DNA of 58,060 bases, counting the filler, from Dugesia japonica (Eukaryota), in assembly GCA_001938525.1 (NCBI GenBank). It is 5 parts of 5 records of this genome, joined end to end, with 100 filler letters (N's around TTAATTAATTAA, not from the genome) between each part and the next. Parts side by side here need not be neighbours in the genome. Positions count along the whole stretch, not along the records: positions 49,095 to 58,060 come from MQRL01648590.1; 4 more parts are not named here. One strand, 5' to 3'. Below are positions 50,138 through 58,060 of the stretch, in pieces (within the stretch, counting starts at the first letter, position 1; every line of letters begins with the position of its first letter). Under the pieces are notes generated by a model that did no database searches, had not been told where the DNA came from, and saw only the letters and a program-made list of their open reading frames with translations. A program made the translations under genes and the position numbers.

Positions 50138-52464
50138 CATTAGAACTACCAAGACCGTCAATTTTCGTACTTAAAAATTTGATATAATTTATGTAATTGT
50201 TCTAGAATTCTATTACGACTTTTAATAATATATAAGAACAGTTAATTATTACTATTCAATTTCCCTTCACCGACTTTANNNNNNNNNNNNNNNNNNNNNT
50301 ATAGCTTTTTATACCAAGACTCGCCAAAATGACGGCTTTAGCAGTTTCTATCCAATGATGGATGATCAATACATCAATACACCAATACATTCATTACATC
50401 GCTTCCAGACATTCGTATTGAATGATCCAAAGTGTTCGGAAGCCGTGAGTTTAGAACTGGACGCTCTAACTGGTAAATGTATTTAGGACGAAATCATTAT
50501 CAGTTGTACTTCTAATATGATAACGTTCTTGTCGAAAAGTATGATCTGTGTTTAATCTGTGAAAAGCCAATTCTCGTCAAAAAGTATGAACATGTTTTTA
50601 TAAAAATTTGATATTTATTTTTTGTAAACCCTAGGCAACAATGAAACGGTTTCCAGTCAGCAAAAAGTTGTTTGAAGAATTCAAAGAACTCACTAATATA
50701 AATGAAGACTGTTCGGAGACTAATTNAGATAATAATGATTTGGACATAACTTGCGTGGAAAATCAAACTGAAGAAACATGAAGTTATAATATTTGAGGTC
50801 TAAAAAATGGGGACCTTCTTTCTTTCATGAAACTATGAGTAGAAACAGATTTTCAGAAATTTTGAAATTCATTCGTTTCTACAAAAAAAGCGAGGGGAAT
50901 GTTCGTTTACGAACTGAAAAATTTGGATTAGTTTTCAAAATTTGGAAGTCCTTTGATAATAGCCAAGCTTGTTATAATCCAGATCAGAATATAAGCGTAG
51001 ATGAACAAATGTTTCCCACAAAGGCAAGATGCAGATTTCTGCAGTATATGCCCAATAAACCGGACAAAATCAGAATTAAGTTTTGGTTAGCTGCAGATGT
51101 GCGAAGTAAATATCTTTTAAATGGCTTTCTCTACTACGGCAAAGATGAAACTAGNCCATCAGAAGTACCTTTAAGTGAATTTGTAGTTTTGAATCTTGTA
51201 GACAACTATGTAAATTGAGGAGGAAACATAACACCAGACAATTTATTTACAAGTGTACAACTTGCAAAGAACCTACTGGCCAAAAAACAAGTCTTGTTGG
51301 AACTATGCGGGAAATAAAAGAGAATTACCGAAAATAGCTAAAGTTAGAAAAGATAACATGTCTCTTTTCTCCACAAAGCTCTACAAGTCAAATGATATTG
51401 TTCTAACAATTTACAAAAGTAAGTCTCGCAAAAAAGTACTACTTAGCACTAAACATAAATCGATAAAGATTGCTTCTAATCGAAAACAAATTCACGAACC
51501 TGTATCTTTTTACAATAAAACTAAGTTTGGAGTAGATGTAGTCGACCAAATGTCCCGCAAATATAGCGTAAAAGCAGGCTCACGTAGATGGTCTTTGCAG
51601 GTATTTTATAATATTTTGGACTTGGCAGCAATCAATGCGTGGATTTTATATAAAGAGANNNNNNNNNNNNNNNNNNNNNNNNNNNNNNNNNNNNNNNNNN
51701 NNNNNNNNNNNNNNNNNNNNNNNNNNNNNNNNNNNNNNNNNNNNNNNNNNNNNNNNNNNNNNNNNNNNNNNNNNNNNNNNNNNNNNNNNNNNNNNNNNNN
51801 NNNNNNNAAATCTTCCCAAATTCGATTGTGCAACAAAAACAGAGCGATTTATACTTGTAATGCATGCAAGAAATATGTTTGTATCAAGTGTTCATCTAAG
51901 ATAACATGTACATGTTAAATATGTGCCTCATAGTTATTTCATACATGTCAANNNNNNNNNNNNNNNNNNNNNNNNNNNNNNNNNNNNNNNNNNNNNNNNN
52001 NATCTTAAGAACTCTCTAATGAATATAGTTGTTTCAGAAAAGAAGCTTCCTCCCAAAAACAAAAACAAGCAACAATAGAAAACTCAAAAAATAGTCCTAA
52101 TTAACGCAAATCTTCCCAAATTCGATTGTGCAACAAAAACAGAGCGATTTATACTTGTAATGCATGCAAGAAATATNTTTGTATCAAGTGTTCATCTAAG
52201 ATAACATGTACATGTTAAATATGTGCCTCATAGTTATTTCATACATGTCAAATTTGCTATAATATTAATTAAAATAAAAATTGTTTTTGTTTGTTTTTTA
52301 TTAATAATCAATAAATTAATATATTAAATGTTGTTATTGCTAAATTGTATTCTTTTATTTACTTAGACTAAGTCACAAGTTACAATAAAAGCCATAATAA
52401 AAAATCTGTCAATTTGACGGGTGCGGTAAAACTAGGTATATATTTACCATCGGTAGTTCTAGTG
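50138..52464 (+). mobile_element. piggyBac DNA transposon, full-length ends, degenerate transposase
   Basis: TTAA-CATTAGAACTACC ... GGTAGTTCTAGTG-TTAA (13-bp TIR with 1 mismatch, TTAA TSD); subterminal CCGTCAA/TTGACGG. Confidence 0.92.
50793..51918 (+). pseudogene. piggyBac transposase (PGBD4-like), frameshifted
   Basis: MSRNRF, SVDEQM..QYMPNKPDK, DNLFTS, YNKTKFGVDVVDQ, RRW..FYNILD.AAINAW, C-terminal Cys-rich domain. Confidence 0.9.
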
Positions 52465-55400
52465 TTAAACATATATTTGTTGATGTTCAACTATCTCTTG
52501 CTTTTATAATTCTCTAATATAATTTAATATTGGTCTAAGGGGCAACTTAAAATCCACAAGCATTTGTGGCAATTCTCTGTCATGCCCCGTCATATCCAGA
52601 TCAAGTGCGACTGTGTGATATCGCGTTTTTACTACAAAGGAGTTTAGCTGACAACAATCGTATTCGCTCAGTATTAGTCAGGGCCGTACTGTAACCTTTA
52701 GAGGCCCTGTGCAAACACTAAAAAAAAATTTTTAATTTCATTGAAATCATTTTTATTTATAAATAAATAAATAAAAAAATTAAATAGATATATTGAAAAA
52801 ACAACTGAGACTAAATTATCTGACAACTAATATATTTCTTCTATAAATTTAAATATATGTTTTTAAACGATATCCGCGAAACGTTAACACATAGGATTAT
52901 TGCTAGTCACACATAATCGTTGTATTTAATTTTTCCGTACGCTCTAGGTAGTTTGTCCATCTAAGATTTAATTTCGTTGACATCGATCTTAATTCATGGA
53001 AAATAATTATAGAATTTTAAACAAAAATGGAAATTAAGACATCTACGATTCTTTGGCCATAAGCCTAACATGTACTTCGTTCCCCACTCTGTAAGTACCG
53101 ACCAGAGAAGATCTGCTGTTACAGGTTATATTTCCTCGTTCTTTTTCAACCAGAAAATGTCTGTTTAATGAATATTAAAAAGGACATAATTATGCCATAA
53201 TGTCATTTTTCAATCATTCACAAGTTAAATTTGACCTTATTCGAAATTTCAAACTTAGTTATTAGTTTTAATTGAAATTTAACGCCGACAACAACTTTAA
53301 TAAATGACTAAACGTAATGAAAAATTCTCGAAAACTATTCATTATATAATTCAATTACTGTAATTAAACATTAAAGACTGACCATACAAAATTTAATATT
53401 TAAATAAATTAAAGTTGACAATAACCGAAATTTTTAAACAACAGAGGAAAAACCAAACAAAATGAGAAGGTGTAATAAATATTCAGACTTATGACCGAGC
53501 TCCTGTGTTTACAAATGCAAAAAATTTCCCGTTTAGACTCTACATCTTTTTTACATCACCTGAAAAATAATTCTCTCTAATAATTTACATTTTTCATCCT
53601 TTTTTTGATCGCTGGTTCTGTCATGATAACTCCGCACCCATTAGAATCTTTTGATTGTTAATTATGTGACTATTATATTTTTGTCTCTCGTAATTTTCGA
53701 TCATTAATTCTGCTGGGATCATTTCTTACGCTTTTCATAATNNNNNNNNNNNNNNNNNNNNNNNNNNNNNNNNNNNNNNNNNNNNNNNNNNNNNNNNNNN
53801 NNNNNNNNNNNNNNNNNNNNNNNNNNNNNNCGGCTATAATCATTTTTACATCTTTCACGATTTCTCGTTTATCATTTTGATTGTGTTTATTTTTACATTT
53901 TTCAGGAACACAGTCATCCATCTAATGGAGTGTCATCTTTTCAAATTAGAAATTTTATTTCACTTTAATAACTGGTAAAATAATCAATTATCAGAGAATA
54001 AAAATATGCTGAACTAAGATGTGTATTTAAATGATAGTAGTATGTTAAAAAATTAATTCGAGAGAGTGTGAAATTATCTTCTGCACTCGTTTTATATAAG
54101 ATAGCGAGAATAATTAATCAACGCGATCTTATTGGTTGACCAATCGTCTCTAGCTATCTACTAGTCAAACCATAGACTTTCTACAGATATATGTCTATTT
54201 GTGCAATCTCATGCCCCTCTGCACTTACCACTTATGTAAATTTTCAGTGATTAATGCATGCATTATCGTTTAATTTCAAGTTCATCCAAGTTTGATGGAC
54301 AGAAAGTTCGAATTTTCCAAACTTACATACGTCACCCGGTAAGCTGCTGTTTTTTTATTATTCGCCACAATGAAATTTTTATTTTTCAGCTTTGAAAAAC
54401 CAGACCGATTATTCCCTGGACCGCTGATACTTTATAATAATTATAATACTGGTGTTTGACGTCAAGGCTTTTGATGTTATTATCGTTACCTTGGACACTT
54501 TCTCTTGATGATCTTCTTTCTATTGTTGTCCTTCTGACCAGTACTATCTTGATATCTTCTAGGGGTAGGTACCCTAAAGCTGGCAGATGTTACCATCTAT
54601 CGACGTCTGTACTCCTACGGAGCCTCTGAAGAAGTCCCTAGAATCTTGTTCTTCTCAATCGTATTAGTCTCTATATACTAGAACAGATGAAGATAATATA
54701 GGAAAATTTAATTTACAAAATAAATTTTCTTTTTAAATATTAGTTGTTCATGCACAGTTAAATCATAAATAGATTAAACAGCAAATTAATATTTGTTTCA
54801 GCCATTTTCAACATCAATAGTGCAGAAAATTCAAACCTCAAAGTAGCCGACGTTACTTAAATAAAAGCCAGAATTCCGTGACTGAGCTCCTTGAGATATC
54901 GCACCAAGACAGANCCCTCCGTCTCATTAACCGCTTAACTTCTTTTGCTCTCGTTATCCGTATCATAGTTTTCTCTTTGATAACTCCCATGATCTTTTTT
55001 TCCTTCATAATTTACATAACCATTTTATCTTTTGTGGAGGATATCATATTTTCTCTTTCATAAATATCACATCATTTTTCTTTTTCATAGATTGCCTGTT
55101 GTTTCGCTCTTTCATGAACAGCATATTATTTTTATCCTTCAATCATAGCATAAACAGTGACTCATTTTTCCCAATAATTAACATATTTCTTTTCATACTG
55201 TTTCAGAATTTTCTCAGGCTAATTTTATAATATGTAAAAACCTTTTTCTCGTGACTGACTTAAAGATAATTTCAGCAATTTTCGCTGTATAACTTTGACG
55301 CATTCCCCGGATTTTCTCTAATCACCATTGTCGCATTTCTAGAATTGTTCTCTTGCTTAATTCCATCCTTTTTATCGCAGTTTTTTTGTGAAATCACATC

Positions 55401-58060
55401 ACATTTTTAGCACTTTGCTCTGATCAATTTTATAGACGTTTTCGCCTTCTTTCTTGATCACTTTCGTCATGTTTCTGATATTTTTTCCCTGATTGAATTC
55501 ATCATAATTCTGATTTTATCTGTGATTGTATTCATACTATTTTTGGAAATTTTCTCTGAATTATCTCTTCTTGCTGAGATTTTGCTCTATTGATCTCAGT
55601 ATATTTTTGATAATCTTCTCTGTTTGATTTCGTACAATTGCTGATATTTTTCTCTAATTGAATTCAGCATAATTGGAATATTTTTCTGTGATTAATTTGA
55701 AAACAGTTCAGCATTTTTCTGTGATATTCAATTGCAAATATTTCAGTATTCTTCTGTGATATTAAATTGCAAATATTTCATTTAATTTCGACTGCTTTAA
55801 CATCTAATAAATAGGAGCACGATTTTCGGTCGGACAGATGTCACTCGAGGTAAATTATCAATTACTGTAAGGAAAATAAATTTAAAATGACATTAATTCG
55901 ATGGTTGGTTAGCTTTAAATTTTGTACTTTATAGTAATTCTCGGAAAACTGTTGATGAGGTGACTTTAATGACAAATGTAAACATTTTTTAAGATTTAAA
56001 ATGTGTCAGATAATTTTATTTAAAAATAATTAATTGTCTGTCCAAAAACTCCTGCATTCGGTTTATATCATTCCGATATCAACAACAAAACATACCATAT
56101 CGACATAGCAATCATAAGCAAGATTTGCATCAAATCTTCTCTTCTCGACCAATCACCGCACCAGCTTTGTATCTTCGCTGCCGTGAAATTAAATTGAAAA
56201 ATGCATTGGCTCATTAATTTTATTAATCATTAATTTAATTATCGTTTTATTTAACTTTTGTTTTATCTTTTCTTGAACATTGGCTTCATGAATTTTATCG
56301 TTTCTATCTTATTTCTTGAAGATTGTTTCATTATTTATTTTATTTTCCTTTTAAATATAACTCNNNNNNNNNNNNNNNNNNNNNNNNNNNNNNNNNNNNN
56401 NNNNNNNNNNNNNNNNNNNNNNNNNNNNNNNNNNNNTTTTTTAATTCTTTCACTTAGTTTTGGTATTTATCTCTTGATCCTTTATTAATGCGTTCCTTCT
56501 TTAAATCTTTTATTTAGTTCATTATCTTCCTTTTTAATTATATACTATTCTTTTCATTTATTTTATAGTAATTGTATTATTTTATAATTCATTTAATTTA
56601 TTAGTTCTTTGTTTCTATTATAGATTGTTTCTTATAATTTCTCTGGATCTTATTTCTGTTTCGATTATTTCTTTTTCCGTACTTATTTTATTTAATAATT
56701 ATTTCTTTTATTGTAACATGTATTATTTCTTTTTACTTCTTTTTTTTGATAATTATTATTTATGTAATGGATTTATTTGAAAATTTAACCAATCTATTTT
56801 GTCACTTCTATACTCGTGAATTTCTCTATCTTAACATTTGAGGTCGTTTCAACCCAACACTGGCAATATAATAAAAATAATGATAATTATTGATATTATC
56901 GAAACAATATGGCCGTAAATGCCTTTTTAATTTTATTATGATAAAACTATTATTATTTTTAATATACATTTACCTGTAATATGCACGAATAACAAAAAAA
57001 CAAAAATTTTATAATTCAAATATGAGTCATCTATGCCCAATTTTTCATATAATAATAATACCATAATGCCATAATAATAATAATAATAATGTTGGGGTTT
57101 TACNNNNNNNNNNNNNNNNNNNNNNNNNNNNNNNNNNNNNNNNNNNNNNNNNNNNNNNNNNNNNNNNNNNNNNNNNNNNNNNNNNNNNNNNNNNNNNNNN
57201 NNNNNNNNNNNNNNNNNNNNNNNNNNNNNNNNNNNNNNNNNNNNNNNNNNNNNNNNNNNNNNNNNNNNNNNNNNNNNNNNNNNNNNNNNNNNNNNNNNNN
57301 NNNNNNAATCATTAATTTATTTGATTTCAATTTATAACGGATTTTATGGAATTTTTATTATCTGTCAGTTGAGTCCTAAAATAAAAAGAAATTTTATTAT
57401 GCATATTTAACTGAGTTCATTTAATTATTGTTTAGTTTAACACTCTATACTCTAAGATTTAAAATTACCAAAAACGCAAGTTTGTAACAAGTGGAAAAAT
57501 ATATTCAATTATCAAATTACCACTTGCTATACATTAATTTAANNNNNNNNNNNNNNNNNNNNNNNNNNNNNNNNNNNNNNNNNNNNNNNNNNNNNNNNNN
57601 NNNNNNNNNNNNNNNNNNNNNNNNNNNNNNNNNNNNNNNNNNNNNNNNNNNNNNNNNNNNNNNNNNNNNNNNNNNNNNNNNNNNNNNNNNNNNNNNNNNN
57701 NNNNNNNNNNNNNNNNNNNNNNNNNNNNNNNNNNNNNNNNNNNNNNNNNNNNNNNNNNNNNNNNNNNNNNNNNNNNNNNNNNNNNNNNNNNNNNNNNNNN
57801 NNNNNNNNNNNNNNCCTTTCATTGGTTATTTTGAATCGTACGACTTTCTTGACGTTTTCATTGGCTTGAACGTCATGTGAGCTCTTTTAATTGGTTGATA
57901 CTTTTGTACTTCAAATCTATTGGTCAACCTTCAAACCCCTGAATCTTTTTTCTGAGACTTCTACCAATATTTTAACTTAGATTTTCAAAATCTCCGATTT
58001 TTTCTTGACCAGAATTCTTTTAATTGCTAATTTTCTCACCAAGGAAAGTCGTTGTTTTTG

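Noticed and set aside
51808-52251. Exact ~145-bp direct duplication of the piggyBac 3' coding end
   Set aside because: The first copy is bracketed by N gaps; most likely a scaffolding or gap-fill artefact.
56258-57880. ORFs in the ORF track near the window end
   Set aside because: Composed mostly of N-gap X residues.

Overview
AT-rich, intron-containing eukaryotic (invertebrate-like) genomic DNA dominated by transposable elements. It is not one contiguous locus. Four identical 100-bp spacers (44 N + TTAATTAATTAA + 44 N) split it into five contigs: 1-10741, 10842-30036, 30137-38681, 38782-48994 and 49095-58060. Host genes are the last exons of a synaptotagmin-14/16-like C2 gene, the first three exons of an atypical Rab GTPase, the 3' half of a MAP3K/STE-like kinase, and a 3-kb orphan terminal exon. 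Mobile DNA includes an RT-deleted Ty3/gypsy element with both LTRs, one end of a degenerate Polinton/Maverick (pPolB, putative core protein, minor capsid), a complete piggyBac, and Tc1, Helitron, Penelope and gypsy fragments. The standout is a decayed giant Ty3/gypsy-type element at ~17.9-30.0 kb. Its Gag (three CCHC knuckles) is followed by about six tandem modules of a ubiquitin-like domain plus a helical bundle, and a seventh Ubl ending in LGG. A 3-kb segment encoding a chuvirus/gB-type (class III) envelope glycoprotein and an extra aspartic protease lies in the opposite orientation between perfect 10-bp inverted repeats. Flipping that segment back reconstructs one polyprotein, Gag-(Ubl-helix)n-Env-PR-PR-dUTPase-like-RT. 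This places Env between Gag and Pol, an arrangement I do not know from characterised LTR retroelements. All domain calls are by-eye motif recognition; no searches were run.
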